NCBI GenBank assembly: GCA_025457915.1
Contig: JALOTL010000002.1
Coordinates: forward strand, 13,692-77,691
Length of the DNA: 64,000 bases
Reading direction: 5' to 3'
DNA from: Spirochaetota bacterium
GTDB lineage: Bacteria; Spirochaetota; UBA4802; UBA5550
The stretch's first letter is position 1. Each line of letters starts with the position of its first letter. The notes under the pieces were generated by a model. That model ran no database searches. It was not told where the DNA came from and was given only the letters and a program-made list of their open reading frames with translations. Positions 28,520 to 38,728 of this stretch are shown here, piece by piece. Made by a program: the position numbers and the translations under genes.

Positions 28520-30592
28520 ATGAGTGTGGATTACAGCGTGGAAGTAGGTCGTGAAAAGATGATTTTCAATACAGGGTACCTTGCCAGGCAGGCGGATGGA
28601 GCCATTGCGTTATCCTACGGCGAGGTAATTGTTTTCACTTCCGCCGTGGCATCCAAGGAAAAGGTCGAGGGACAGGATTTTTTTCCGCTTACAGTGGATT
28701 ACAGGGAAAAATCATACGCCGCCGGGAAGATACCCGGGGGCTTTATCAAAAGGGAATCAAGGCCCAGCGACAAGGAGGTCCTGGTCAGCAGGCTTACCGA
28801 CAGGCCACTGAGGCCGCTTTTTCCGGATGATTTTGTGAACGAGGTGCAGATAATTCTGTACGTCCTTTCGGCGGACCAGACAAACCCGCAGGACGTGATA
28901 GCGATAAACGCGGCATCGGCCGCACTCGTAATATCCGGCATGCCGTTCAGGGGGCCGGTAGGAGCGGTCAGGATGGGCAGGGTCGGCGGTAACTGGATCG
29001 TCAATCCGACCTTCGCCGAAATGGCGAAGAGCGATATAGACCTGGTGGTGGCCGGAACCAAGAACGGCGTTACAATGATAGAGGGTTCCGCTAAAAACAT
29101 CGGCGAGAGCGACATCATATCCGCCGTGGAGATCGCGCACCAGAACATTAAAAGGATCTGCGAGGCCCAGGAGGAACTTGCAAAAAAAGCGGGCAAGCCC
29201 ACGATGCAGTACTATCCGTTTAAAGCGGACGAGAACCTTAAAAACGAGGCCAGGAAAAGGTATTATTCAGAGCTGGAACAGCTCAAGGACCACAAGATTA
29301 AAAAGGCAAGAGAGGCCGTGCTGGGTTCCATCATTGAAAAAGCCGAGAAGGAGCTTTCAGAACAGTTCCCGGACACGGTTTCACAGGTAAGGGGAATCAT
29401 TGACGCCCTTGACGGCGAGGTTATAAGAAAGAGGATCCTGGAAGAGGGACTCAGGGCCGACGGCAGGGGACTGAGGGACATAAGGCCCATCGACATAATG
29501 GTGGGGATCCTTCCCAGGACCCACGGGTCGGCCGTGTTCACCAGGGGCGAGACCCAGAGCCTCGGTGTCACCACACTCGGCACGGTTTCGGACGTGCAGA
29601 GGATGGACAACATAGACGGCCAGGGGGACAAGAGGTTCATGCTCCATTATCATTTTCCGCCGTTCTCCGTCGGCGAGGTCGGCAGACACGGCGGAGTGGG
29701 CAGGAGGGAGATCGGCCATGGAATGCTTGCGGAGAGGGCAATGGAATACGTTCTTCCCGCGGAAAACGATTTCCCTTACACCATACGACAGGTATCGGAA
29801 ATTTTCGAATCGAACGGTTCGTCGTCGATGGCAACCGTGTGCTCGGCTTCGCTTTCCATGTTTAATGCAGGCGTGCCGCTCAAGGCCGCGGTGGCCGGAA
29901 TTGCAATGGGCCTCGTGAAGGAAGGCGACAGGTTCGCCATCCTAAGCGACATCATAGGGCTCGAAGACCACCTCGGAGACATGGACTTCAAGGTCGCGGG
30001 GACAACGGAGGGTATAACCGCCTTCCAGATGGACATAAAAATCGAAGGCATTACCCCGGAGATAATGAGGGCCGCTCTTGAGCAGGCAAAGGAAGGGAGG
30101 CTGCACATACTCGATAAGATGAATAAAATCATCTCGCTGCCCGAAAAGAGCCTTTCGCCTTATGCGCCGAAGATCAAGGTGATAATGATTGATCCCTCCA
30201 GGATAGGAGAGGTTATAGGACCGGGAGGAAAAATCATCAGGAAGATTATCGAGGAGTCCGGCGCGGACGTCAATATAGAGGACGACGGCTCGGTCACCAT
30301 ATCGGCGGTCTCACAGGAGTCCATAAATCTCGCGGAGGAGTTCGTCCGCGGGATCGTGGATGACGCGGAGATCGACAAGATATACAACGGCACGGTGAAG
30401 AGGATAATGGACTTCGGGGCATTCGTAGAGATCATGCCCGGGAAGGAAGGTCTTGTCCATATATCCAAGCTTGACATTAAAAGGGTGCAGAACGTTACCG
30501 ACATAGTCAAGGTCGGCGACAAGGTAAAGGTGAAGGTCATCAAGATCGATGAAAAGGGCAGAATAGACCTCAGCAGAAAAGACGCCCTCTGA
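28520..30592 (+). CDS. pnp: Polyribonucleotide nucleotidyltransferase
   Basis: DFFPLTVDY, FTRGETQ, RREIGHG, ESNGSSSMA, GDMDFKVAG; KH and S1 domains. Confidence 0.97.
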   Translation: MSVDYSVEVGREKMIFNTGYLARQADGAIALSYGEVIVFTSAVASKEKVEGQDFFPLTVDYREKSYAAGKIPGGFIKRESRPSDKEVLVSRLTDRPLRPLFPDDFVNEVQIILYVLSADQTNPQDVIAINAASAALVISGMPFRGPVGAVRMGRVGGNWIVNPTFAEMAKSDIDLVVAGTKNGVTMIEGSAKNIGESDIISAVEIAHQNIKRICEAQEELAKKAGKPTMQYYPFKADENLKNEARKRYYSELEQLKDHKIKKAREAVLGSIIEKAEKELSEQFPDTVSQVRGIIDALDGEVIRKRILEEGLRADGRGLRDIRPIDIMVGILPRTHGSAVFTRGETQSLGVTTLGTVSDVQRMDNIDGQGDKRFMLHYHFPPFSVGEVGRHGGVGRREIGHGMLAERAMEYVLPAENDFPYTIRQVSEIFESNGSSSMATVCSASLSMFNAGVPLKAAVAGIAMGLVKEGDRFAILSDIIGLEDHLGDMDFKVAGTTEGITAFQMDIKIEGITPEIMRAALEQAKEGRLHILDKMNKIISLPEKSLSPYAPKIKVIMIDPSRIGEVIGPGGKIIRKIIEESGADVNIEDDGSVTISAVSQESINLAEEFVRGIVDDAEIDKIYNGTVKRIMDFGAFVEIMPGKEGLVHISKLDIKRVQNVTDIVKVGDKVKVKVIKIDEKGRIDLSRKDAL

Positions 30593-30599
30593 TCCCGAA

Positions 30600-31856
30600 A
30601 TGGTCATTAAATACAGACAGGATAACGGTCTGCTTGTTCTTCTTGAGCCCATAGCCGGCGTGGTTTCGCTTTCCGCCGGTCTATGGCTGAAGACCGGTTC
30701 AAGAGACGAAAGGGAAAACGAGCACGGTTTCGCCCATTTCGTGGAACACATGCTTTTCAAAGGCACGGCCGCGAGATCAGCAAGGGAGCTGGCCAGGATG
30801 GTCGACAGGGTAGGCGGCCAGCACAACGCGGCGACGAACAGGGAATACACCTGTTATTACATCGACGTGGTTTCCGAGCACGCAGAGCTGGCGGTCGATG
30901 TCCTTTCGGACATGTACTACAATTCACTCTTCGATCAGTCGGATTTTGAAAAAGAAAAAAACGTAATCTCCGAGGAGATCAGGATGTACGAGGACACGCC
31001 GGATGAATACATCCATGATCTGTTCATGGAATGCATGCTAAGCGGCCATTCTCTCGGGCATACCATACTCGGCTCGGAAAACGGGATCAAGGCCGCTTCG
31101 AGGAGCGACCTGCTTTCATTTTTCAACGAAAATTACCGCAACGATAACGCCATCTTCGTGGTGACGGGAAGGTTTGAAGAGAAGGATATCCGTATCCTCA
31201 TAGACAGGTATTTTTCCACGTCAAGGGGAGGCGGCCCGGCCGTACGCATCGAACCCGGAACTCCCGGGAGAATTTTCAGGAAACACGTGGAGAGGGACCT
31301 CGAGCAGGTTCACTTCTGCATAGGCGCCGACGGGATAAAAAGAAACGATGACGATAGATGGGCCCTTTACACGATGAGCACAATTCTTGGCGGGAACATG
31401 TCCTCCAGGCTCTTCCAGAATATACGTGAAAAGGAGGGGATAAGCTATTCCATATATTCCTTCCATTCCTCGTTCAGCGACCTTGGAATTTTCGGAATAT
31501 ACTGCGCCACATCGCCGGACACATACCTGAAGGCTTTCGAATTGATCATGAAGGAATGCAGGGATATTTTTCGCGACGGCATAACCGGCGAGGAACTGGA
31601 CGACGCAAAGACCTACATGAAAGGCAATCTCGCCCTGAGCATGGAAAGCGTCGAGGTGCGGATGGGGCAGCTTGCCAAGAACGAAATTTCCTACGGGAGA
31701 CATTTTGAGTTTTCGGAAATGGTATCGCAGATAGATGCCCTCGGGAGAGACGATCTGATGAGGATATGCGACAGAATCTTCGGGGGAAGCAGGCTTTCTC
31801 TGATATCCGTGGGCGGGGTAAAGGAACCCATAAAAGACAGCGATCTCAAACTATAA
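30600..31856 (+). CDS. M16-family zinc peptidase
   Basis: HFVEHMLFKGT (HxxEH), SSRLFQ.IREK.G..YS. Confidence 0.93.
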   Translation: MVIKYRQDNGLLVLLEPIAGVVSLSAGLWLKTGSRDERENEHGFAHFVEHMLFKGTAARSARELARMVDRVGGQHNAATNREYTCYYIDVVSEHAELAVDVLSDMYYNSLFDQSDFEKEKNVISEEIRMYEDTPDEYIHDLFMECMLSGHSLGHTILGSENGIKAASRSDLLSFFNENYRNDNAIFVVTGRFEEKDIRILIDRYFSTSRGGGPAVRIEPGTPGRIFRKHVERDLEQVHFCIGADGIKRNDDDRWALYTMSTILGGNMSSRLFQNIREKEGISYSIYSFHSSFSDLGIFGIYCATSPDTYLKAFELIMKECRDIFRDGITGEELDDAKTYMKGNLALSMESVEVRMGQLAKNEISYGRHFEFSEMVSQIDALGRDDLMRICDRIFGGSRLSLISVGGVKEPIKDSDLKL

Positions 31857-31992
31857 ACGGCATTTGAATTCAGAAAAATAAAGGTTATATCAAATTTATC
31901 GATCCGGTTTAATTTTTGCTTTACTTTGTTAAAGCCCGGGGATTAATTTGAACCTTTGAAAGGTTCATCCATAAATATCACGGAGTGGGAAT

Positions 31993-32406
31993 ATGGCCAG
32001 CAAAAGCGATCTCATAAACAGCACCATAGGCGAAGGTTCAGTATTTGAAGGCAAATTCTATATAAGCGGTTCCCTCAGGATCGACGGAAAATTCGAAGGG
32101 GAAATCAAGACAGATGAAGAGCTTGTGGTGGGAGAGACGGGCAAGGTTAAAACCGACATCGTCGCTAAATCCGTGGTAGTGGCAGGGACGGTAATCGGGA
32201 ACATAACCGCCTTCGGCGAGATCAGGCTTCTTGAGACCGGCAAGGTGCTGGGCGACATGACCGCTCCTTCAATAGCTATCCAGAGGGGCGTGGTGGCCCT
32301 CGGCACGATAAATGTGACCGGCGGGCAGAAAAAAGACATCAAGAAGCTGATAGAAGATTCCTACAACATAGGCCCTTCCTCCGCGCAGGGAGAGGGGCAG
32401 AGATAA
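31993..32406 (+). CDS. Bactofilin (polymer-forming cytoskeletal protein)
   Basis: TIGEGSVFEG, LRIDGKFEGEI, V.G.V.GNI beta-helix repeats. Confidence 0.92.
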   Translation: MASKSDLINSTIGEGSVFEGKFYISGSLRIDGKFEGEIKTDEELVVGETGKVKTDIVAKSVVVAGTVIGNITAFGEIRLLETGKVLGDMTAPSIAIQRGVVALGTINVTGGQKKDIKKLIEDSYNIGPSSAQGEGQR

Positions 32407-32410
32407 TTTT

Positions 32411-32439
32411 TAAAGTGATATAACATCGATTGCCGATAA
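32411..32439 (+). promoter_or_regulatory. sigma28-like promoter
   Basis: TAAAG-N16-GCCGATAA upstream of the M23 gene; spacer longer than canonical. Confidence 0.45.
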
Positions 32440-32484
32440 TTTATAAAAGAATCCGTCAATTTTACATTAAACCGAAAAATAAGA

Positions 32485-33501
32485 ATGCGGGACTCATTTT
32501 CAAGTACATATAAGATAGGAAGGCTTACCCTGTCCTTTTTTCACAACGAGATAGTTGTAATCTATCTCGGGAAAAAGGGCGTCTATATCAAGAACATAAA
32601 GAGGCTTGAACATGACATGCGTAAAAGGATGATCATAAGCCTCTCTTCAATAGCCGTCGTTGCGGCAGTCTCTTTTTTCATTCCATCGGGCGAAAGCTTC
32701 GACCAGAGCGAGGACGACGTCAGGAAGAACCAGATCCTGGAATCATCAAAGACCGATTATAAGACCCCAGTTACGCACCAGAACCTGGTCATAAAAAAAC
32801 ACGTAGTAAAAAAAGGGGAAAGCCTCAACAGGATAGCCAAGGACTACGGCGTTTCGCTCGATACCATTTGCGGCAGCAATAACCTCAAATCATACGAATT
32901 CATTTCCGAGGGAACCGAACTGAAGATACCCAACAAGGACGGTATAATTTACAAGATGCCGTCCGGAAGCAGGATAGTAGCCGTTGCCAGGACCTATAAC
33001 GTTTCCCTTGAAAAAATAATCGCGGAAAACAACATCAAGAACGCGGATTTCATAGCAAAGGACACCGTCCTTTTCATTCCTGACGCAAAACCACGGAACA
33101 TTTTTCAGGGCTTTCTCTGGCCCACGGCAAGCAGGTTTATAACCTGCGGGTACGGATGGAGAAGGGATCCCTTCAACATGGGGTCAAGGGAGTTCCACCA
33201 GGGACTTGACATCAGGTGCGATTATGATTGGGTCAAGGCCTCCAAGTACGGCCAGGTAACCTATATCGGCTGGCTCGGGGGCTACGGCAACACGGTGGTA
33301 ATAGCCCATCCCGGCGGCTGGAAGACGCTTTACGCGCACCTGTCGAGAATAATCGTCAATGTTGGTCAGTACGTAAAACAGGGACAGTTTATAGCCAAGA
33401 GCGGCAACACCGGCCGATCAACAGGGGCGCATCTTCATTTTGAGGTTCTCAGAGAGGGCGCTCATAAAAACCCGTACAGCTACCTCGCAAAAAAAAGATA
33501 A
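32485..33501 (+). CDS. LysM + M23 peptidoglycan endopeptidase
   Basis: Two LysM domains; HQGLD, YAHL, STGAHLHFE. Confidence 0.92.
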   Translation: MRDSFSSTYKIGRLTLSFFHNEIVVIYLGKKGVYIKNIKRLEHDMRKRMIISLSSIAVVAAVSFFIPSGESFDQSEDDVRKNQILESSKTDYKTPVTHQNLVIKKHVVKKGESLNRIAKDYGVSLDTICGSNNLKSYEFISEGTELKIPNKDGIIYKMPSGSRIVAVARTYNVSLEKIIAENNIKNADFIAKDTVLFIPDAKPRNIFQGFLWPTASRFITCGYGWRRDPFNMGSREFHQGLDIRCDYDWVKASKYGQVTYIGWLGGYGNTVVIAHPGGWKTLYAHLSRIIVNVGQYVKQGQFIAKSGNTGRSTGAHLHFEVLREGAHKNPYSYLAKKR

Positions 33502-33605
33502 AAGCTTTCCTTCGTCTTTAATTATCGTTTTTATTCCGGTCCCTGACAAGTTTCAGCATGCCTGCCCCGGACCTGCCTGAAAGAAAATCCCTTAAAGCCG
33601 GAAAT

Positions 33606-34226
33606 TTACTTGAGGTCTTTTTTCAGTTCAAACAGGTTGAAAGACTGGTTTTCAAGAAACGTATATCTTTTAATCCTCGTGTAGCCTGAATCGGCCATTA
33701 CCTTCAATATCTTTTCTTCCGGCACGTTGTGAAATGCCGTTGCGATGAACCCGGGTTTATAGTCTATTATGGCCAGCCTTCCGCCTTTCCTCAGCCTGCC
33801 CGCCAGCTTCCTGAAGTATTCAGGATTCCCGATATCATGGAAGACGTTTCTGATAAAAATGAGGTCCACGCCGCGGTCAGGCAGGCCGGAATCGCCTGGC
33901 GTTGCTGCAACGGCAATAACATTGTGCAGGTTTTTTTTCTTCGAGTCCCTTGTTACGATTTCAAGAAGATCCCTGTCGATATCCACCGCGTAGATCCTTC
34001 CGGCAGGCCCGGTTTCCTCGGCCAGCCTTATCGTAAAATATCCTCCGCCCGAGCCAAGGTCGGCGATCGCTGAACCTTTTTTTATTTCAAGGCTTTGTAT
34101 TATCTGTTCGGCCTTTGAACCTGGATCTGATGCGATGCTGTTGAAGTGTTCAGCCGTCCTTTCCGCCGAACAGCATGATGCGGCAAGAATCGGAATCAAC
34201 AGGATTTTTTTCGCCCATTTTTTCAT
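33606..34226 (-). CDS. Class I SAM-dependent methyltransferase with a lipoprotein-like signal
   Basis: IADLGSGGG, YAVDI, L..GG.LAIID; start at ATG 34226 (AGGGAG SD) gives MKKWAKKILLIPILAASC. Confidence 0.85.
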   Translation of the reverse strand: MKKWAKKILLIPILAASCCSAERTAEHFNSIASDPGSKAEQIIQSLEIKKGSAIADLGSGGGYFTIRLAEETGPAGRIYAVDIDRDLLEIVTRDSKKKNLHNVIAVAATPGDSGLPDRGVDLIFIRNVFHDIGNPEYFRKLAGRLRKGGRLAIIDYKPGFIATAFHNVPEEKILKVMADSGYTRIKRYTFLENQSFNLFELKKDLK

Positions 34227-34333
34227 GAAGGGACTCCCTGCCGGGTAAGGCAATTGACAGATTTTCATTAACTTTTCTATCATATCAGCGGATTTGAAAA
34301 AAACCAGTCATTTTTATTCATTGAATGCAATAA

Positions 34334-34555
34334 GCGAACCTCTAATGATCAAATCAGGATGTTCCCTTGCGGGCACTTTCAATGTTTAAATTACGGCGGT
34401 CACAAAAACCAGTTTTTCATTTTTAAAACAAATAAATAAACTGGTTTTTTCAATACAAGCGCCCTATGGCAGGCACAAAAACGATAGTTTTTGTGATCAG
34501 CCATTAGATTTTTTCAGCGGTTTGATAATGAAAAATCTAATTTATAGAGGTGCCC
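34334..34555. mobile_element. Degenerate MITE/REP-like non-coding element
   Basis: Imperfect terminal IRs (GCGAACCTCTA or GGGCACTTTC ... TAGAGGTGCCC) around three internal hairpins; right end repeated at 27992-28006. Confidence 0.45.
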
Positions 34556-34770
34556 ATAAACGACCGGTTAAAAGACTGGAGGAATGTGTCGTTTGAAATA
34601 TCATCCGGCTTCAGTGCGATTTAATATCCGGGCTTTCCGGATGATGAGCCGGTTCCCGCATGCGGTGCGAAAAAATTTAATTGACTCTCCAAACTCCATG
34701 ATTGTTATTAAACCAGAGCCGGGCGGCGAGAATGCCGTCCCTGCAACATCAATCCGTAATGGAGCCTTAT

Positions 34771-36849
34771 ATGAAAGAAGCGAACTTCCTCTGTGAAATC
34801 GGCACGGAAGAGATACCGGCGGGATATGTTCCGGTCGCAATAGACGCCATAGGCCGGATATTCAACGACAGGCTGAACGGCAGCAGGATAGGCTTCGGGA
34901 AGATCGAGGTCTGCGCCACGCCCAGACGGTTCGCTGTCATGGTCTCCGGACTTGAAGAGCGCCAGAAGGAGGAGGAGGTCGAGGTCAAGGGACCTTCTGT
35001 CGCGTCCGCTTACGGAAGCGACGGGAAACCTTCCAGGGCCCTGCAGGGATTCCTTGCTGGTAACAATATCAGGCAGGACGATGTCTTCAGAAAGAAGACC
35101 GATAAGGGGGAATACATATACGCCAGGAAGAGGCTCGAAGCCAGAAATACCGCTGAAATCATACCGGAAATCATCAGGGACGTCGTAAACGGCATCCCGT
35201 TTCCCAAGCGCATGAGATGGTCCGCAAAAAACGAGATCACCTTCGCCAGGCCGATACCTTATTTCCTGATCCTGTTCAACGGATCAGTCATACCCTTTGA
35301 AATGGACGGCGTAAAATCCTCAGATAAAACCAGGGGGCATTTCATCCAGCACGACAGGATGATCGGGATTAAGAACGTTTCGGAATACCGGTCGGTGCTG
35401 GCGAAAAACGGGGTGATGGTCGACCAGAACGAAAGGAAGTCATTGATCATGAAAGGACTGGAAGAGGCCGCGGCGAAGGCCGGCGGCCGGCTCAACGATG
35501 ACGAGGAACTCCTGGACCTGGTGACCTACCTCGTGGAAGACCCCCACATAGTCACCTGCGAGTTCGACAGGGGATACCTCAGAATTCCGGAAATCGTTCT
35601 CATCGCCGAGATGAGGGAGCACCAGAAATATTTTTCAGTCACGGGCGGCGACGGCAGGCTTACGAATAAATTCCTGGTCGTGTCGAACAATCCGGAGACC
35701 CCCTTCGTGAAGGCGGGAAACGTCCGGGTGATTTCCGCCAGGTTCAATGACGCCGGGTTTTTTTACGACGAGGACAGGAAGAAAAAGCTGGCCGACCGCG
35801 TTGACCAGCTTAAAAGCGTCCTTTTTCACAAGGAGCTCGGTTCCATATACGACAAGGTTATAAGGATGACGAAGGTCTCCGAGGAATTCGCGTCATTGAC
35901 CGGGCTGGATGAGGCCGTTAGGGAAAAGATAAAAAGGGCGATACTCCTTTGCAAGGCCGACCTCAATACGGCCATCGTTTTCGAGTTCCCTTCGCTCCAG
36001 GGGAAGATAGGAAAGATCTACGCCGTTTCAGACGGCGAGGACAGCGAGGTCGCGGACGCGATTGACGAGCACTACAGGCCGAGGTCCCAGAACGACACCC
36101 CGCCCTCGGGCTTGGTGAGCGTAGCTGTATCCGTCTCTGAGAAGATCGACAACCTTTTCGGGTCCTTTTCCGTGGGCAACATACCAAAGGGATCTGCGGA
36201 CCCTTACGCCCTCAGAAGGCAGGCAAACGCGCTGGTCGACATGCTGATCAGGAACGGCATAAACATGGACCTGAGGGCGCTCCTGGACCGTGTTTCCGGA
36301 AACTACAGGGGCGGCGCAGGGCTTGTTGAAAAGATACACGAATTCATATCCGCCAGGGCCAGGACGATTTTCGCTGACAGCGGCTTCAGCCACGACGAGA
36401 TCGACGCCTGCCTGTCGACTGAAAGGAGCGATTTCCTCGAGCTTTGGAGGCTGGCAAAGAGCGTCAACGAGTTCAGGAAAAACGAGAAATTCACCGAGCT
36501 GCTCCTGGGATTCAAGAGGATGAAGAACATAGTGGCCTCCTTCAGGAAGGATAACCCGGATTACGCTCTCAGGTTCGATCCGGCGAGAATGGAGGACGAT
36601 GCGGAGAGGGAGCTTTACGATTTCTTCAATTCGAAATCCGGACTCATCGGGAGCCTGATCTCGGAAAGCAAATACATCGAGCTCTTCGAGCTCATTATAC
36701 AGGGAAAAGCCGCGATCGACAGGTTTTTCGACAAGGTTCTGGTCATGGACAAGCGGACCGAGGTCCGGGACAACAGGCTTTTCATCCTCGAGTACATTTT
36801 GAAGAATTTCTCCGGTCTGCTTGATTTTTCAAAAATCGCGGACCGGTAG
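34771..36849 (+). CDS. glyS: Glycine--tRNA ligase beta subunit
   Basis: EIGTEEIP, TPRR, KRMRW, HQKYF, EFPSLQG, GSADPYALRR; start at ATG 34771. Confidence 0.96.
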   Translation: MKEANFLCEIGTEEIPAGYVPVAIDAIGRIFNDRLNGSRIGFGKIEVCATPRRFAVMVSGLEERQKEEEVEVKGPSVASAYGSDGKPSRALQGFLAGNNIRQDDVFRKKTDKGEYIYARKRLEARNTAEIIPEIIRDVVNGIPFPKRMRWSAKNEITFARPIPYFLILFNGSVIPFEMDGVKSSDKTRGHFIQHDRMIGIKNVSEYRSVLAKNGVMVDQNERKSLIMKGLEEAAAKAGGRLNDDEELLDLVTYLVEDPHIVTCEFDRGYLRIPEIVLIAEMREHQKYFSVTGGDGRLTNKFLVVSNNPETPFVKAGNVRVISARFNDAGFFYDEDRKKKLADRVDQLKSVLFHKELGSIYDKVIRMTKVSEEFASLTGLDEAVREKIKRAILLCKADLNTAIVFEFPSLQGKIGKIYAVSDGEDSEVADAIDEHYRPRSQNDTPPSGLVSVAVSVSEKIDNLFGSFSVGNIPKGSADPYALRRQANALVDMLIRNGINMDLRALLDRVSGNYRGGAGLVEKIHEFISARARTIFADSGFSHDEIDACLSTERSDFLELWRLAKSVNEFRKNEKFTELLLGFKRMKNIVASFRKDNPDYALRFDPARMEDDAERELYDFFNSKSGLIGSLISESKYIELFELIIQGKAAIDRFFDKVLVMDKRTEVRDNRLFILEYILKNFSGLLDFSKIADR

Positions 36850-36860
36850 GGCTTCGTGAA

Positions 36861-37511
36861 ATGTTCGACCCGGATGCAAAATCATCTGTTTTTAAAAGGC
36901 TTTTTTTCCTGGTAAGGACAGGGCTACATTACCATCTTTCATTTAAAGGGAAATTCGAAAGAATAGACGGGATGCCCTCCGTCTGGGGAATCTGGAACGT
37001 CGTGGTTTACGGGAAGAACATCACCCTGGGGAAAAATGTCGTGATAGTCGCGGCCGACGGATACAGGACGAACCTGTCGACCATCAGGCATTCCGCTGGT
37101 GAGGGCAGGATAACGATAGGGGACAACGTGCTGGTGATGAACGGGGTCAGGCTGAGCAGCGCGTCAGGCATCACAGTGGGAAACGACTGCATGCTGGCGA
37201 ATTTTTGCTACCTTACGGATTCCGACTGGCACGACATATACGACCGCACAAGCACCCCTGGAGGAACTGCGCCGATCGTGCTGGAGGACGGGTCCTGGAT
37301 AGGGGATTCCGCGATTGTATGCAAGGGGGTCCGCGTCGGAAGGAACTCGATCATCGGCGCCGGATCGGTCGTAACCAGGGACATCCCGCCGAACGTAATA
37401 GCGGCGGGAAACCCGGCGCGGATAGTGAAGAAGCTTGATCCGGAAAAAATAAAAACCATGAAGGATTTGTACGAAAGGGCCGGGTCCGGGGGGCGGAGGA
37501 AAAAGGGGTGA
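36861..37511 (+). CDS. Hexapeptide-repeat (LbH) acyltransferase
   Basis: WIG..A.V.KGV.VG.NSIIGAGSVVT.DIP.N.IAAGNPA. Confidence 0.9.
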   Translation: MFDPDAKSSVFKRLFFLVRTGLHYHLSFKGKFERIDGMPSVWGIWNVVVYGKNITLGKNVVIVAADGYRTNLSTIRHSAGEGRITIGDNVLVMNGVRLSSASGITVGNDCMLANFCYLTDSDWHDIYDRTSTPGGTAPIVLEDGSWIGDSAIVCKGVRVGRNSIIGAGSVVTRDIPPNVIAAGNPARIVKKLDPEKIKTMKDLYERAGSGGRRKKG

Positions 37512-38728
37512 AGATATGCCTTCTCTGCTACAGGGGAAACCCCTATTCCGGCGGCCAGGGAATCTATCTTAAATACATAGCCGAGGAGATGGTGAGACAG
37601 GGCCACGAGGTGCACGCGATCGTAGGTCCGCCCTATCCCCTTCCGATGAAGGGCGTCGTCCTTCACAAAATCCCAAACAACCAGTACTACGTGAAAAAGG
37701 GCGCTGAGGTGATCAACCCCTCGTCCCCGTTCGATGTTTTTACCCCGATAAATTTTTACGAATACCTGCACTCCAGGCTCGGCGCCTTTCCGGAGATAAG
37801 TTCTTTCGGGTACAGGGCGTACCTCATGCTGCGGAAACTCGCGCCCAGGCACGGCTTCGATATAATACACGACAACCAGTCCCTCGGGTACGGCCTGCTC
37901 ATGATGAAATCGCTCGGGATACCGGTCGTTGCGACCATCCATCATCCCCTGACGATCGACCTTGAGAACGTGCTGGAAAGGACGGCCGCATTCAAAAAGA
38001 AGTTCAAGTCGGTCATGTTTTATCCGACCCTCATGCAGAAAATCGTGTCCCGGAGACTGGACCGCATAATAGCCGTTTCGCACGATTCGAAATCAAGGAT
38101 CGGCACGGACTTCGGCGTCCCGCCGGATAAAATTTCAGTTGTGCACAACGGCCTGGACACCGGCATATTCAGGCCGCTTCCCGGGGTGAAGAAGAAAAGG
38201 GGCAAGATACTGTTCGTGGGAAACGTGGAGGACGGGAAGAAGGGGTTCGTCTACCTTCTCAAGGCGCTGTCGCTCGTGAAAGCCGGGGTCGTCCTGACCG
38301 CCGTGGACGGCGGCTCCCCGCACAGGAACATAACCGGGCCGCTGATAGAGAAGCTCGGTCTGGCGGGCAGGGTCGAATTCACCGGGAAGATAGGAAACGA
38401 GGAGCTGGTCAGGCATTACGGCGAGTCCGAAATTGCCGTCGTGCCGTCGGTCTATGAGGGTTTCGGGTTCCCGGCTGCCGAGGCCATGGCCTGCGGCGTT
38501 CCCGTCATATCCAGCGACGGTGGCGCGCTGCCGGAGGTGGTGGGGGATTCAGGGCTTGTCGTTCCGGCAAGGGACGAAAGGGCTCTCGCGAACGCGATAG
38601 ACGACCTGGCTTCCGACAGGGCGAGGATGAGGGCCATGTCCGGCGCTGGAATTGAAAGGGTCAGGACACACTTCAACTGGGAAAGGGCGGTGGAGCGGAT
38701 GCTGGAGATCTACAGGATGTTCAAATGA
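37508..38728 (+). CDS. GT4-family glycosyltransferase
   Basis: GGQG.Y, PSVYEGFGFPAAEAMACG.P. Confidence 0.92.
   Translation: MKICLLCYRGNPYSGGQGIYLKYIAEEMVRQGHEVHAIVGPPYPLPMKGVVLHKIPNNQYYVKKGAEVINPSSPFDVFTPINFYEYLHSRLGAFPEISSFGYRAYLMLRKLAPRHGFDIIHDNQSLGYGLLMMKSLGIPVVATIHHPLTIDLENVLERTAAFKKKFKSVMFYPTLMQKIVSRRLDRIIAVSHDSKSRIGTDFGVPPDKISVVHNGLDTGIFRPLPGVKKKRGKILFVGNVEDGKKGFVYLLKALSLVKAGVVLTAVDGGSPHRNITGPLIEKLGLAGRVEFTGKIGNEELVRHYGESEIAVVPSVYEGFGFPAAEAMACGVPVISSDGGALPEVVGDSGLVVPARDERALANAIDDLASDRARMRAMSGAGIERVRTHFNWERAVERMLEIYRMFK

Noticed and set aside
34560-34770. T-box riboswitch upstream of glyS
   Set aside because: No AA.TTGGGTGG.ACC T-box consensus or terminator is visible.
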